Source: a virus. Taken from it: a stretch of DNA of 22,798 bases. This document shows positions 7,611 through 18,371 of this stretch, piece by piece; positions within the stretch are counted from its first letter, which is position 1; every line of letters starts with the position of its first letter. The notes under the pieces are model-generated. The model searched no databases. It was not told the origin of the DNA and saw only the letters and a program-made list of their open reading frames with translations. Where the stretch lies: the UHGV virus genome UHGV-0097493; one strand, written 5' to 3'. A program made the position numbers and the translations under genes.

Positions 7611-7850
7611 GCACCACCAGTTGCGGCAGTACCACGAAGCAACCCAAGCCAGTAAGTGGGGAAATAACACTGGCAGCCACTGAAAGATGAACCTCCTGCC
7701 TTATGGCAAAAAAGATTCTTTGTGGTGGCGGACTGATGGAAAGACATCGGTTATTGCAGAGACCATTCAATGAGTGGTCTCGACAATGGCTTATACCCTA
7801 CACGGGATAACTTAACTGATATCCCTTTTAACGGATAAACGGAGCCAACA

Positions 7851-8093
7851 ATGGCAGAGATTATTCCCATGACTGAAGAACAGAAATTCCAGTTAGAGAT
7901 TTACAAGCTGGTCATGAACCAGAACGCAGCCGCAGAGGAAGCATTTCAGTTCATTGGCACTGACGAGCTGAAGCTTGAGCTATTCAAAATTCACTTCCAG
8001 TCAGGCGGCGCTAATTCAGATATCACGACCCGCACTATCGAAGCGGTGCGTAAATCGAAGGAAGCGTTAGACCTGTTCACTACCGGAGCATAA
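7851..8093 (+). CDS. Hypothetical small acidic protein, 80 aa
   Basis: The ORF has an upstream GGAG-like RBS (ACGGAGCCAACAATG) and sits immediately upstream of the small terminase with a 2-nt gap. No family is recognised. Confidence 0.5.
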   Translation: MAEIIPMTEEQKFQLEIYKLVMNQNAAAEEAFQFIGTDELKLELFKIHFQSGGANSDITTRTIEAVRKSKEALDLFTTGA

Positions 8094-8095
8094 AC

Positions 8096-8536
8096 ATGGC
8101 GCGCCCAACAAAGTATCAAGAGGCGTATGCCGAACAGGCACGCAAACTGTGCTTGCTGGGCTGTACAGACGCCGAACTCGCGGACTTCTTTGAAGTTAGC
8201 GAGGCAACAATCAACAATTGGAAATTGGAATATCCGGAGTTTTTAGAGTCCATAAAAAAGGGTAAGGCAGTCGCTGATGCAGAAGTTAGTGATCGTCTTT
8301 ATCAACGCGCTATGGGCTTCGTGGCTCCAGACATCGATATTCGTGTTATTGAAAACAGAATTGTCGAAACTCCTCTTGAGAAGTATTACCCGCCTGATAC
8401 AACAGCTGCCATCTTCTGGCTTAAGAACCGACAGAAGGATAAATGGCGCGACAAGGTTGATCACGAGCTAACAGGCAAAGACGGCGGCGCAATCCAGATT
8501 GAAACATCACCGATGAGCACTCTGTTCGGAAAATGA
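8096..8536 (+). CDS. Terminase small subunit (Sf6 gp1-like), 146 aa
   Basis: It sits immediately upstream of, and overlapping (ATGA at 8533-8536), the large terminase. The N-terminal HTH-like segment (TDAELADFFEVSEATINNWKLEYPEF) is typical of TerS DNA-binding domains. Confidence 0.7.
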   Translation: MARPTKYQEAYAEQARKLCLLGCTDAELADFFEVSEATINNWKLEYPEFLESIKKGKAVADAEVSDRLYQRAMGFVAPDIDIRVIENRIVETPLEKYYPPDTTAAIFWLKNRQKDKWRDKVDHELTGKDGGAIQIETSPMSTLFGK

Positions 8537-9948
8537 CCTCGATTAATCCTATCTTTGAACCGTTCATTGAGGCGCATCGCTACAAAGTCGCCAAAGGCGG
8601 TCGAGGTAGCGGTAAATCATGGGCAATTGCGAGGCTGCTTGTTGAAGCGGCGCGTCGTCAGCCAGTGCGTATTCTCTGCGCTCGTGAACTGCAAAACAGT
8701 ATCAGCGATTCGGTAATCCGGCTGCTTGAAGACACCATCGAGCGTGAAGGATATTCGGCTGAGTTTGAAATTCAGCGTTCCATGATTCGTCATCTCGGAA
8801 CGAATGCTGAGTTCATGTTCTACGGCATCAAAAACAACCCGACGAAGATTAAATCGCTCGAAGGCATTGATATCTGCTGGGTGGAAGAAGCGGAAGCGGT
8901 AACGAAGGAATCATGGGATATCCTGATACCAACCATCCGCAAGCCGTTTTCCGAAATATGGGTGAGTTTCAACCCTAAGAACATCCTCGACGATACCTAT
9001 CAGCGATTCGTTGTAAATCCTCCCGATGATATTTGCCTGCTGACGGTGAACTACACCGACAACCCGCACTTTCCTGAAGTTCTCCGTCTGGAGATGGAAG
9101 AGTGTAAACGCAGAAATCCGACACTGTATCGTCACATCTGGCTTGGTGAGCCAGTGAGCGCAAGTGATATGGCAATTATCAAACGTGAATGGCTTGAAGC
9201 CGCAACCGATGCGCACAAGAAACTCGGATGGAAGGCGAAAGGCGCTGTTGTCTCTGCGCATGACCCGTCAGATACAGGACCGGATGCTAAAGGTTATGCA
9301 TCGCGCCACGGTTCGGTAGTTAAGCGCATTGCCGAAGGTCTGCTGATGGACATCAATGAAGGTGCTGACTGGGCTACTTCGCTGGCGATTGAAGACGGCG
9401 CTGACCATTACCTGTGGGATGGTGATGGTGTTGGTGCCGGGCTACGCAGACAGACAACGGAAGCGTTCTCCGGCAAGAAAATCACCGCCACGATGTTCAA
9501 GGGCAGCGAATCGCCATTCGATGAAGATGCACCGTATCAAGCCGGAGCATGGGCTGATGAAGTCGTACAGGGTGACAACGTTCGCACTATTGGCGATGTG
9601 TTCCGCAATAAGCGAGCGCAATTCTATTACGCGCTGGCTGACAGGCTGTATCTGACATATCGGGCGGTTGTTCACGGTGAGTATGCAGACCCCGACGACA
9701 TGCTGAGTTTCGACAAAGAAGCGATAGGCGAGAAGATGCTGGAGAAGCTATTTGCAGAACTGACGCAGATTCAGCGCAAATTCAATAACAACGGGAAGCT
9801 GGAGCTTATGACTAAGGTCGAAATGAAGCAGAAGCTCGGTATTCCATCTCCTAACCTGGCTGATGCGCTGATGATGTGTATGCATTGCCCGGAGTCGGCT
9901 GCGCAACCCGACTATTCCAGTTACTCAATTCCTTGTGGTGTAGGTTGA
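8533..9948 (+). CDS. Terminase large subunit (PBSX/Sf6 gp2-type), 471 aa
   Basis: Walker A motif KGGRGSGKS near the N-terminus and a Walker B-like ICWVEEAEA. The size and the position between TerS and portal fit. Confidence 0.9.
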   Translation: MTSINPIFEPFIEAHRYKVAKGGRGSGKSWAIARLLVEAARRQPVRILCARELQNSISDSVIRLLEDTIEREGYSAEFEIQRSMIRHLGTNAEFMFYGIKNNPTKIKSLEGIDICWVEEAEAVTKESWDILIPTIRKPFSEIWVSFNPKNILDDTYQRFVVNPPDDICLLTVNYTDNPHFPEVLRLEMEECKRRNPTLYRHIWLGEPVSASDMAIIKREWLEAATDAHKKLGWKAKGAVVSAHDPSDTGPDAKGYASRHGSVVKRIAEGLLMDINEGADWATSLAIEDGADHYLWDGDGVGAGLRRQTTEAFSGKKITATMFKGSESPFDEDAPYQAGAWADEVVQGDNVRTIGDVFRNKRAQFYYALADRLYLTYRAVVHGEYADPDDMLSFDKEAIGEKMLEKLFAELTQIQRKFNNNGKLELMTKVEMKQKLGIPSPNLADALMMCMHCPESAAQPDYSSYSIPCGVG

Positions 9949-9949
9949 T

Positions 9950-12148
9950 ATGGCTGAAAAAAAGATGACTGACTGGCATCGCAGGGTGCTGTGCAACTTT
10001 GATAATGCCTGGTCAGCAACGCAGGATATGCGTGAGCAGATTATTGAGGCTCAACGTTTCGTCCGGGTATCCGGCGCACAGTGGGAAGGCAGCACAAACG
10101 CTGGTTACTCATTTGATGAAGGCAGGTTTGAGCATTACCCGCGCTTTGAACTGAATAAGATTTCCCGTGAATGTGATCGCATCATTGGCGAGTATCGACA
10201 GAATCGCATCAGCGTTAAATTCAGGCCGAAGGACGATAAGGCATCGGAAGCGTTAGCCGAAAAGATGAACGGAAAATTCCGCGCTGACTATCAGGAAACA
10301 TCCGGTGGCGAAGCGTGTGATAACGCATTTGATGATGCTGTAACGGGCGGATTCGGTTGTTTCCGCATGTGTGCCGATTACGAAGATGAAATGGATCCGA
10401 GTAACGAGCAACGCCGTATAAGCCTTCTCCCGGTTTACGACCCAGCGACATGCGTCTTCTTCGATCAGGACAGCAAGCAATATGACCGCTCTGATGCTAT
10501 GTGGGCTATGGAAATGTTCTCCATGACGCCTAAAGCGTTCGAGGCTGAATACCCTGATTCCATCGCGGCAAGCCTTTCTCGTGATGACACTGGTACTCAG
10601 TATGACTGGTCAACGCCTGACGCCATCTATGTTGGACGCTACTACGAAGTCCGCATAGAGAAGGTGAAGCTCACAGCATGGCGTAACCCTGTCAGCGGAG
10701 AAACGGCAATCTATGATGAAGAGCAAATCAAAGATATTGTCGACGAGCTGACCGATGGTGCATTCGAACTGATTGGCGAGCGAACGGTGAAGAAACGCCG
10801 AGTTTATTGCGGTCTTCTGTCTGGCGCTGAATGGCTGGAAGAACCGAAGCGTATTCCGGGCGAACATATTCCTCTCATCCCGGTATATGGGCGTCGTTCA
10901 TTTGTTGATAATCAGGAGCGAATCGAAGGCCACGCAGCAAAAGCGATGGATGCACAGCGTCTTGAGAACCTGATGGTTTCCATGATTGCAGATAACGCCA
11001 CTCAGGCTGGCGGTGATGGCATTCCTGTAGTTGATGTTGACATGATTCCTGGTCCTCTTGCCACTCATTGGGCGGAGCGCAACAAAAAGCGCCCGGCGTT
11101 CCTGCCGATGGTCAGTCTGAAAAACAAAAACGGAGATATTACTGCGCAGGCTCAGGTCAGCAGTTATACACCTCCGACACAAATGCCTCCTGCTCTTGCC
11201 GGGCTATTGCAGTACACCGGAACGGCTATTCAGCAAATTACAGGTGCGTCGCAGCTTGAGAACATGCCGAGCAACGTCGCCACCGATACCGTTGATAGCA
11301 TCTTTAACCGGATGGACACGCAGTCCTATATCTACATGGACAACATGGCTAAATCCATGCGTCGCGCTGGCGTTGTGTGGCTTTCTATGGCGCGTGAGGT
11401 CTATGGCAGTGATACGCCGATGCGTATCGTTAATGAGGACGGCAGCGATGACGTGGCGCTGATGACTGGTGAAGTGGTTGACCGTCAGACAGGGCAGGTT
11501 ATCGCGCTTAATGACCTTTCGCAGGGCAACTATGAAGTGACTGTCGATGTCGGTCAGTCGTTCGCTACTCGCCGTGATGCAACGGTTAAGTCGTTACTTT
11601 CCATGCTGGCACTTATCCCACCAGGAACGCAGAAGCACGACCTTGTATCGTCGATGATTCTCGACAATATGGACGGCGAAGGGATGGACGACCTTAAAGA
11701 ATACAACCGCAATCAGTTGCTTCTGTCTGGCGTTATCAAGCCGAGAACGCCTGAAGAACAGCAGATGGTTGAACAGGCGAAACAACAACAGGCCAGTCAG
11801 CCAGATCCGGCTATGGTTGCAGCGCAAGGTCAGCTTCTTGCAGGTCAGGCTGAATTGCAGAAAGCGCAGAACGAACAGGCAGCCATTCAGGTTAAAGCAT
11901 TCCAGGCACAGACTGATGCTCAGGTTGCAGCGGCAAACGTTGTGAAAATCCTCGCATCTGCCGATAGCCAGCAGAAATCTGATATCCGCGAGGCTCTGAA
12001 ACTGCTCGGACAGTTCCAGCAACAGCAAGGAGACAATGCCCGTGCTGATGCAGAGCTTGTCCTGAAAAGTCAGGCACAGGGTCATGCGCAGCGAATGGAC
12101 ATCAGCAGCATCCTGCAAAAATCAACCCAGCAACAATCACAGCAGTAA
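9950..12148 (+). CDS. Portal protein (P22 gp1-type), 732 aa
   Basis: Recognisable similarity to P22 portal from memory (e.g. ...KKRRVY..., [11 protein letters not shown]). The long C-terminal Gln/Ala-rich helical tail ([46 protein letters not shown]...) is characteristic of P22-like portal barrels. Confidence 0.9.
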   Translation: [732 protein letters not shown]

Positions 12149-12238
12149 TTAACCAATAACGTGCAATGGCTGTCTTTATGAGGCCTGGCACCCTATTGCC
12201 TTCCGATGGGCTGAACATCGAGTAAACAGGGGTAACAA

Positions 12239-13135
12239 ATGGACCAGATGGCAGAAAACACACCAGAAGTTGAAATAGAAACCGATACATCAGAGCAGAT
12301 TCCTGATGATGTCGAACTGGCTGAAGAAGTCGAAACAGAAGATGGCAGTGAGTCCTCCGGCAATGATGCAGAGGAAGCTACTGAAACTGATGACGACGAA
12401 TCAGAACAGGAATTCTACTTTGGTGACGAAAAGCTGGATTCGCCAACCAGCGAAGATGGCGCTGAGCATGGACTGGTAAAACACCTGCGCAAGACGATTA
12501 AAGAGAAAGACCGCGAGCTGAAAGAGCTGATGCGTCAGTCCCAGAAACCCGTCGAGCAGCAGCCGGTAATCACTCAACCACCGCGAATGCCAAAACTGGA
12601 TGATGAGGACATCGGTTTCGATGAAGAAATCTACCAGCAACGCATGGCTAAGTGGGCGGAGGACAACGGCAAATACCAGGAGCAAGTACGAGAGCGGAAA
12701 CGAGAGGAAGAGGCGCGTACCGCAACGCTTCAGCAGAAAGCAGCCAATTACATGCATAGAGTAAAAGCACTGAAAGTGGCTGGTTACCAGGATGCAGAGC
12801 AGGCTGTACGCGAAGATGTTCCTGTTCACATTCAGGACATGATCCTTCTTGAGTCAGAGAAGCCGGAAATCGTTGTTCTGGCACTCGGTCGCAACGCTGA
12901 ACTGCGCAAGCAACTGGCAGAAGCTACCAACCCCGTAGCAATTGGTCGTCTGCTGGAACGTATCGAATCGAAGGCCAGAATCATGCCAAAAGCAAAAACC
13001 ACGGCAGCCACAACCCCGACAGTTAAGGGGAGCAACGGCGCAGTAATCAATAACCTCGACAAACTTCTCGAAAAAGCGCGCGACACCGGTGATTACACCG
13101 AATACCGGGCGGCGAAGAACAAAGCTAAAAAATAA
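12239..13135 (+). CDS. Scaffolding protein (P22 gp8-like), 298 aa
   Basis: Highly acidic N-terminus and charged helical composition. The position between portal and coat and the size (P22 gp8 ~303 aa) fit. Confidence 0.7.
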   Translation: MDQMAENTPEVEIETDTSEQIPDDVELAEEVETEDGSESSGNDAEEATETDDDESEQEFYFGDEKLDSPTSEDGAEHGLVKHLRKTIKEKDRELKELMRQSQKPVEQQPVITQPPRMPKLDDEDIGFDEEIYQQRMAKWAEDNGKYQEQVRERKREEEARTATLQQKAANYMHRVKALKVAGYQDAEQAVREDVPVHIQDMILLESEKPEIVVLALGRNAELRKQLAEATNPVAIGRLLERIESKARIMPKAKTTAATTPTVKGSNGAVINNLDKLLEKARDTGDYTEYRAAKNKAKK

Positions 13136-13155
13136 TCCATCGGAGCTAAATACCT

Positions 13156-14415
13156 ATGTCTAACCAGTTAACAAAAGACCTCGAAATCCTCTTTGAGAGC
13201 GTCATTGATAGTTTTGAGGCGTCCAATGTCGTTTCCCGCGAGTGCAGCAAGTTCCGACCGGGCGACATTGAAATGCAGCGCGCTGGCGACGTTGTTTATC
13301 GCCCTCAGGGCTACCACCTGAAAACCGTGAGCGGACTTGATCTGACTTCGGCCACTGCAAACTCACTCGTTCAGCGTCAGGTGCCTGCTCGCTTCCGCGA
13401 GCCAGAGAACGTCATCTACGAACTGGACGCAAAAGAAATGCGCGATCCGTGGCACAAAGAGCAGGCTGGCAAGGCGGCGGGTCGCCAGTTGGCGGCGTGG
13501 GTTGATAACATGATCGTCGATGAGGTGGTCGCTCGCTCCACCAACGTGGTCACCATTAAATCGGCGTCCACCGGTAGCACTCTCGGCGAAGAACTCTGGA
13601 ACGCATCGGCTGACGTTGATGCAATGATGCTGTCCATTGGTGTGCCTCAGGGTGGTCAGCGCAAGGCGTTCTACAACCCGTTCAACTACAAAGACCTGGC
13701 TAAGGAGCTTGGCTCTCGCGCATATGCGGTCGGTGCAACTCTGACAGCCTATGAGAAAGCTCAGATTCCACCTGTGGCATCCTTCGACAGTTTCCGCGTT
13801 GATTATGCTGGCGCAATGAAGGCTGGTTCAGCTACCGCTGTAACTCTCGGCGGCGCAGTAAAACACAAAGTTACCGCGATGGATTCCAACGGCGCGCCTA
13901 CCGATAACCGCCAGGGTGACATCACCGTATCCACTGCTGGCGTACTGGCTGTCGGCGATGCATTCACTATCGCAGGCGTTAACAGTGTCCACATGATCAA
14001 GAAGGTGGATACAGGTAAGCCGCAGGTATTCCGCGTCCTGGCAGTAAATGGCACTACCGTTACCATCAGCCCGAAAATTCTGCCACCAGACAACGCGGAT
14101 AAGGCGTCTATTCCTTACCAGAACGTTACCGCCAATCCGGTGGCAAACGCGGCGATCACCATCCTCAACAAGAAGGCTGCGGCTTCCAACATCTTCTTCG
14201 CTGAGGGTTCTGTTGAGCTGATGTATGGCAAGTTGGCATTCCCTACCGGCCAGGGTCCGCAGGTTATGACCGCAACGACCGAGCAGGGTGCGACCATCAT
14301 CATGGCTTACCAATTCGACGCTAAATCTGGCAAAACGTGGACTCGCTTCACCACGCTGGCTGGCGCAAGCGTACTGGTCCCGGAATTCACCGGCCTGGTA
14401 CTGGCTAACCAGTAA
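13156..14415 (+). CDS. Major coat protein (P22/Sf6 gp5-like), 419 aa
   Basis: The position after scaffold and the size fit. It is followed by a strong intrinsic terminator, as is typical for a highly expressed coat gene. RBS GGAG is upstream. Confidence 0.75.
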   Translation: MSNQLTKDLEILFESVIDSFEASNVVSRECSKFRPGDIEMQRAGDVVYRPQGYHLKTVSGLDLTSATANSLVQRQVPARFREPENVIYELDAKEMRDPWHKEQAGKAAGRQLAAWVDNMIVDEVVARSTNVVTIKSASTGSTLGEELWNASADVDAMMLSIGVPQGGQRKAFYNPFNYKDLAKELGSRAYAVGATLTAYEKAQIPPVASFDSFRVDYAGAMKAGSATAVTLGGAVKHKVTAMDSNGAPTDNRQGDITVSTAGVLAVGDAFTIAGVNSVHMIKKVDTGKPQVFRVLAVNGTTVTISPKILPPDNADKASIPYQNVTANPVANAAITILNKKAAASNIFFAEGSVELMYGKLAFPTGQGPQVMTATTEQGATIIMAYQFDAKSGKTWTRFTTLAGASVLVPEFTGLVLANQ

Positions 14416-14420
14416 TCCAA

Positions 14421-14444
14421 GGGGCTTCGGCCCCTCTTTTTTTT
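14421..14444 (+). terminator. Intrinsic terminator after coat gene
   Basis: GGGGC-TTCG-GCCCC hairpin with a UUCG tetraloop, followed by TCTTTTTTTT, immediately after the coat stop. Confidence 0.75.
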
Positions 14445-14454
14445 GGAGATCGAA

Positions 14455-14643
14455 ATGTCTCAAATCATGCTTTATAAGCCGGGAACGATGATCACCTGCG
14501 GCCCCCACTCGCTGGATTACATCATCGTTGATGACGAAGAAGTTAAATCTCACCTGAAAAAAGGCTGGGTAAAAACTCCTGAAGAAACCGCAACGAAGCA
14601 AAAAGTGGCTAAGGCGGAAGAAGATGGCGAAAACGAAGGGTGA
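14455..14643 (+). CDS. Small hypothetical protein, 62 aa, between coat and gp4
   Basis: ATG at 14455 is preceded by GGAG (14445-14448). The ORF overlaps the gp4-like start by 20 nt. A small ORF occupies the same position in P22. Confidence 0.4.
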   Translation: MSQIMLYKPGTMITCGPHSLDYIIVDDEEVKSHLKKGWVKTPEETATKQKVAKAEEDGENEG

Positions 14644-15085
14644 TCTCGTTCTAAAGGCTTTACGAAAAGCCGGGCTGTATTCCAATGCCACGTTGACAGA
14701 TGCTGACCCTCAGGCAATTGAAGATGCCATTAATGACCTCGAAGACATGATGGCAGCATGGCAGGCTAAAGGTATCGAGCTTGGATATCAGTTTGCTGAT
14801 ACAGAAAACGGCATCATGCCGTTACCTGACGATGATTCAGGTATCCCTGCATGGGCAAATGATGGCGTCGCTTTGAAACTCGCTGTGCAAGTGTGCATGG
14901 ATAACGTCATTCAGCCGTCAGACGCTCTCCTTACCGCTGCTGACAGTGCATATCAAACAATCTGTATCGCTTTAACCAAAATACCACCACTTGAGCGACG
15001 AAATGACATGCCTCGCGGGGCGGGGTTAAAAAGCGCGTTTACGTGGAATCGGTTTTACATCGAGAAAGATGATCCGAGTACGTGA
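14624..15085 (+). CDS. Head completion / tail accessory protein (P22 gp4-like), 153 aa
   Basis: N-terminus KTKGDLVLKALRKAGLYSNATLTDADPQAIEDAINDLEDMMAAWQ matches the P22 gp4 pattern as recalled. Confidence 0.75.
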   Translation: MAKTKGDLVLKALRKAGLYSNATLTDADPQAIEDAINDLEDMMAAWQAKGIELGYQFADTENGIMPLPDDDSGIPAWANDGVALKLAVQVCMDNVIQPSDALLTAADSAYQTICIALTKIPPLERRNDMPRGAGLKSAFTWNRFYIEKDDPST

Positions 15086-15094
15086 GGTGAATAA

Positions 15095-16513
15095 ATGCCG
15101 ATTCAGCAACTTCCGCTTATGAAAGGTGTCGGCAAAGACTTTAGAAACGCCGACTATATCGACTATCTGCCAATGAATATGTTGGCTACACCCAAAGAAA
15201 TCCTGAACAGCAGCGGATATCTTCGCTCATTCCCTGGCATTGCCAAACGCTCTGATGTGAACGGTGTATCTCGCGGCGTCGAGTACAACATGGCGCAGAA
15301 TGCTGTTTATCGCGTGTGTGGTGGCAAGCTCTACAAAGGCGAAAGCGAAGTAGGTGACGTCGCCGGAAGTGGTCGCGTATCAATGGCGCATGGTCGAACA
15401 TCACAGGCGGTAGGCGTTAATGGTCAACTGGTCGAATACCGCTATGATGGCACGGTTAAAACCGTCTCAAACTGGCCTACAGACAGCGGATTCACGCAGT
15501 ATGAGTTAGGCTCAGTCCGCGACATTACGCGCTTGCGTGGGCGTTATGCGTGGTCAAAAGACGGCACTGATTCATGGTTTATCACTGACCTTGAAGACGA
15601 ATCGCATCCTGACCGTTACAGCGCACAATATCGCGCAGAATCTCAGCCGGACGGCATCATCGGCATCGGAACATGGCGAGACTTCATCGTCTGCTTTGGC
15701 TCATCGACGATTGAATATTTCTCCCTGACTGGTGCAACCACAGTTGGTGCTGCTTTGTATGTCGCACAGCCATCGCTGATGGTGCAAAAAGGAATCGCCG
15801 GAACCTACTGCAAAACGCCGTTTGCTGATTCGTATGCGTTCATCAGCAATCCGGCAACAGGTGCGCCGTCTGTGTACATCATCGGCTCCGGTCAGGTGTC
15901 ACCAATCGCCAGCGCGAGCATTGAGAAAATCCTCCGCTCCTACACTGCTGATGAACTGGCTGATGGCGTGATGGAGTCTCTGCGCTTTGATGCTCATGAG
16001 TTGCTGATTATCCACCTTCCGCGCCATGTTCTCGTGTACGACGCATCTTCAAGCGCCAATGGTCCGCAATGGTGTGTGCTGAAAACAGGCTTGTATGACG
16101 ATGTGTACCGCGCTATCGACTTCATTTACGAAGGCAATCAGATAACGTGCGGAGATAAGCTGGAATCGGTTATCGGCAAATTGCAGTTCGATATCAGCAG
16201 CCAGTATGGGCTACAGCAAGAACACCTGTTGTTTACACCAATCTTCAAAGCTGAGAACGCCAGATGTTTTGATCTGGAAGTTGAATCATCGACTGGTGTC
16301 GCTCAGTACGCTGACCGCCTGTTCCTCTCTGCAACCACTGACGGCATCAATTACGGACGTGAGCAGATGATTGAGCAGAATGAACCGTTCGTTTACGACA
16401 AACGCGTTTTGTGGAAGCGAGTAGGGCGCATCAGGAAAAATGTCGGCTTCAAATTGCGCGTTATCACGAAGTCACCTGTCACTCTGTCTGGCGCTCAGAT
16501 AAGGATCGAGTAA
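15095..16513 (+). CDS. Tail accessory protein (P22 gp10-like), 472 aa
   Basis: Strong similarity to P22 gp10 from memory ([45 protein letters not shown]...). The length is identical to P22 gp10. Confidence 0.85.
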   Translation: MPIQQLPLMKGVGKDFRNADYIDYLPMNMLATPKEILNSSGYLRSFPGIAKRSDVNGVSRGVEYNMAQNAVYRVCGGKLYKGESEVGDVAGSGRVSMAHGRTSQAVGVNGQLVEYRYDGTVKTVSNWPTDSGFTQYELGSVRDITRLRGRYAWSKDGTDSWFITDLEDESHPDRYSAQYRAESQPDGIIGIGTWRDFIVCFGSSTIEYFSLTGATTVGAALYVAQPSLMVQKGIAGTYCKTPFADSYAFISNPATGAPSVYIIGSGQVSPIASASIEKILRSYTADELADGVMESLRFDAHELLIIHLPRHVLVYDASSSANGPQWCVLKTGLYDDVYRAIDFIYEGNQITCGDKLESVIGKLQFDISSQYGLQQEHLLFTPIFKAENARCFDLEVESSTGVAQYADRLFLSATTDGINYGREQMIEQNEPFVYDKRVLWKRVGRIRKNVGFKLRVITKSPVTLSGAQIRIE

Positions 16514-17214
16514 TGGCTGATTCGAATCTCAACACCCCTGTTATTGTGCAGGCGACGCGGCTCGATACATCAATCCTTCCACGCAATATATTCAGCCAGT
16601 CTTACCTGCTGTATGTCATTAATCAGGGGGCTGATGTCGGCGCAATTGCCGGGAAGGCAAATCAGGCTGGTCAGGGCGCTTACGATGCTCAGGTGAAAAA
16701 CGATGAACAGGATGTCGAACTGGCTGACCACGATGCAAGAATCACCGCAAACACAAAAGCGATAAATCTCCTTGAGGTCAGGTTAACAACCGCCGAAGGG
16801 AAGATAGTCGTACTGCGTAGCGATGTTGATTACTTGCTGGATGAGGTTATCGATATTCAGGCGCATCTGGTCACTGTTGACCAAAGACTGGATGGCGTAG
16901 AAAGCGATGTATCTGACATTAAGAGTGATTACGTATCGAAAACCGTAACCAAATTGCAGTCTCTTGCGTCACCGCTGGATGTAAAAACATCATATTCAGT
17001 TGATGGAATTCAGGTTGTTGGAGCAAGAAATACCGGATGGACTGCAGCCACAGGTACACCTCTTCTTGGCTCATTCAACGCTAACCAGTCATACACGGTC
17101 GGCACTACGTACACACAATCCGAAGTCGCAGCTATCGCTACAGGTTTGGAGCAGGCGCGGCAGCGTATTCTGGCGCTTGAAACAGCACTTAGATTACATG
17201 GGTTGATTGACTGA
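16513..17214 (+). CDS. Tail needle protein (P22 gp26-like), 233 aa
   Basis: [36 protein letters not shown]...[39 protein letters not shown]... matches P22 gp26 as recalled, including the heptad coiled-coil region. The start overlaps the gp10 stop (TAATG). The tool's upstream extension to 16411 is rejected. Confidence 0.85.
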   Translation: MADSNLNTPVIVQATRLDTSILPRNIFSQSYLLYVINQGADVGAIAGKANQAGQGAYDAQVKNDEQDVELADHDARITANTKAINLLEVRLTTAEGKIVVLRSDVDYLLDEVIDIQAHLVTVDQRLDGVESDVSDIKSDYVSKTVTKLQSLASPLDVKTSYSVDGIQVVGARNTGWTAATGTPLLGSFNANQSYTVGTTYTQSEVAAIATGLEQARQRILALETALRLHGLID

Positions 17215-17669
17215 TGATTACATTCAAACCAACGCGAAACATCGACCTGATAGAAGCTGTCGGAAATCACCCTGACATTATTGCCGGAAGCAACAACGGT
17301 GATGGATACGACTATAAACATGATTGCCGTTACTTTGAGGTGAACGTGCACGGGCAGTTCGGCGGCATTGTTTACTATCAGGAGATTCAGCCGCTTACAT
17401 TCGATTGCCACGCCATGTACCTGCCAGAGGTTCGCGGATTCAGCAAGGAAATCGGGCTGGCGTTCTGGCGATACATTCTGACTAACACCACCGTTCAGTG
17501 CGTCACATCGTTCGCTGCACGCAAATTCCGCCACGGGCAGATGTACTGCGCAATGATTGGCCTTAAGCGTGTAGGAACCATCAAGAAATACTTCAAAGGC
17601 GTGGATGACGTGACGTTTTACAGCGCCACACGCGAAGAACTAATCGACTTCCTGAATCACGGGAGATAG
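17214..17669 (+). CDS. Head/DNA-stabilisation protein (P22 gp14-like), 151 aa
   Basis: The position between the gp26 and gp7 homologues and the size fit. The start overlaps the gp26 stop (TGATG). Confidence 0.55.
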   Translation: MITFKPTRNIDLIEAVGNHPDIIAGSNNGDGYDYKHDCRYFEVNVHGQFGGIVYYQEIQPLTFDCHAMYLPEVRGFSKEIGLAFWRYILTNTTVQCVTSFAARKFRHGQMYCAMIGLKRVGTIKKYFKGVDDVTFYSATREELIDFLNHGR

Positions 17670-17671
17670 CC

Positions 17672-18361
17672 ATGTTATATGCATTTAAGCTGGGCAGAAA
17701 ACTGCGCGGCGAGGAACCTTATTGCCCTGAAAAAGGCGGGAAAGGTGGCTCTGATAAAAGTGCAAAGTATGCCGCAGAAGCTCAGAAGTATGCCGCAGAC
17801 CTGCAAAATCAGCAGTTCAATACCATCATGAACAACCTGAAGCCGTTTACTCCTCTGGCTGGGAAGTATGTCGGCAGCCTTGAGAACTTATCGTCTCTGG
17901 AAGGGCAAGGTCAGGCACTTAACCAGTATTACAACTCTCAGCAGTACAAAGATCTTGCTGGTCAGGCTCGCTATCAGAGTCTGGCTGCAGCGGAAGCAAC
18001 AGGTGGATTGGGTTCCACCGCAACCAGTAATCAGTTAGCAACAATCGCACCAACGCTTGGTCAGCAATGGCTATCTGGACAAATGAACAATTACAACAAC
18101 CTGGCAAATATCGGTCTTGGCGCTCTTCAGGGACAGGCAAACGCCGGGCAAACATATGCCAACAACATGAGTCAGATTTCACAGCAAAGCGCGGCTCTTG
18201 CAGCGGCAAACGCCAACCGACCGTCAGCATTGCGGCAGGGTGTTAGTGGTGCTGCATCCGGTGCGCTTTTGGGTGGTGGCATAGCCAGTGCTCTCGAGCT
18301 ATCAACTCCGTGGGGTGCTGGTATCGGTGCTGGTCTTGGTCTGCTTGGCTCGTTGTTTTAA
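17672..18361 (+). CDS. Ejection (internal) protein (P22 gp7-like), 229 aa
   Basis: Gln/Ala/Gly-rich low-complexity protein with a Gly-rich hydrophobic C-terminus. The length is identical to P22 gp7 and the position fits. Confidence 0.75.
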   Translation: MLYAFKLGRKLRGEEPYCPEKGGKGGSDKSAKYAAEAQKYAADLQNQQFNTIMNNLKPFTPLAGKYVGSLENLSSLEGQGQALNQYYNSQQYKDLAGQARYQSLAAAEATGGLGSTATSNQLATIAPTLGQQWLSGQMNNYNNLANIGLGALQGQANAGQTYANNMSQISQQSAALAAANANRPSALRQGVSGAASGALLGGGIASALELSTPWGAGIGAGLGLLGSLF

Positions 18362-18371
18362 GGGGTAATCA

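Noticed and set aside
11594-12118. 174-aa minus-strand ORF
   Set aside because: Antisense to the portal C-terminal Gln/Ala-rich region; the open frame is a consequence of the repetitive GC-skewed codons.
13828-14691. 287-aa minus-strand ORF
   Set aside because: Lies entirely antisense to the coat gene and the coat terminator, with Arg/Phe-rich low-complexity translation. Not coding.
16411-16512. Upstream extension of the gp26-like ORF
   Set aside because: It overlaps the gp10-like C-terminus in another frame. The conserved MADSNLN start at 16513 with a TAATG overlap is the real start.
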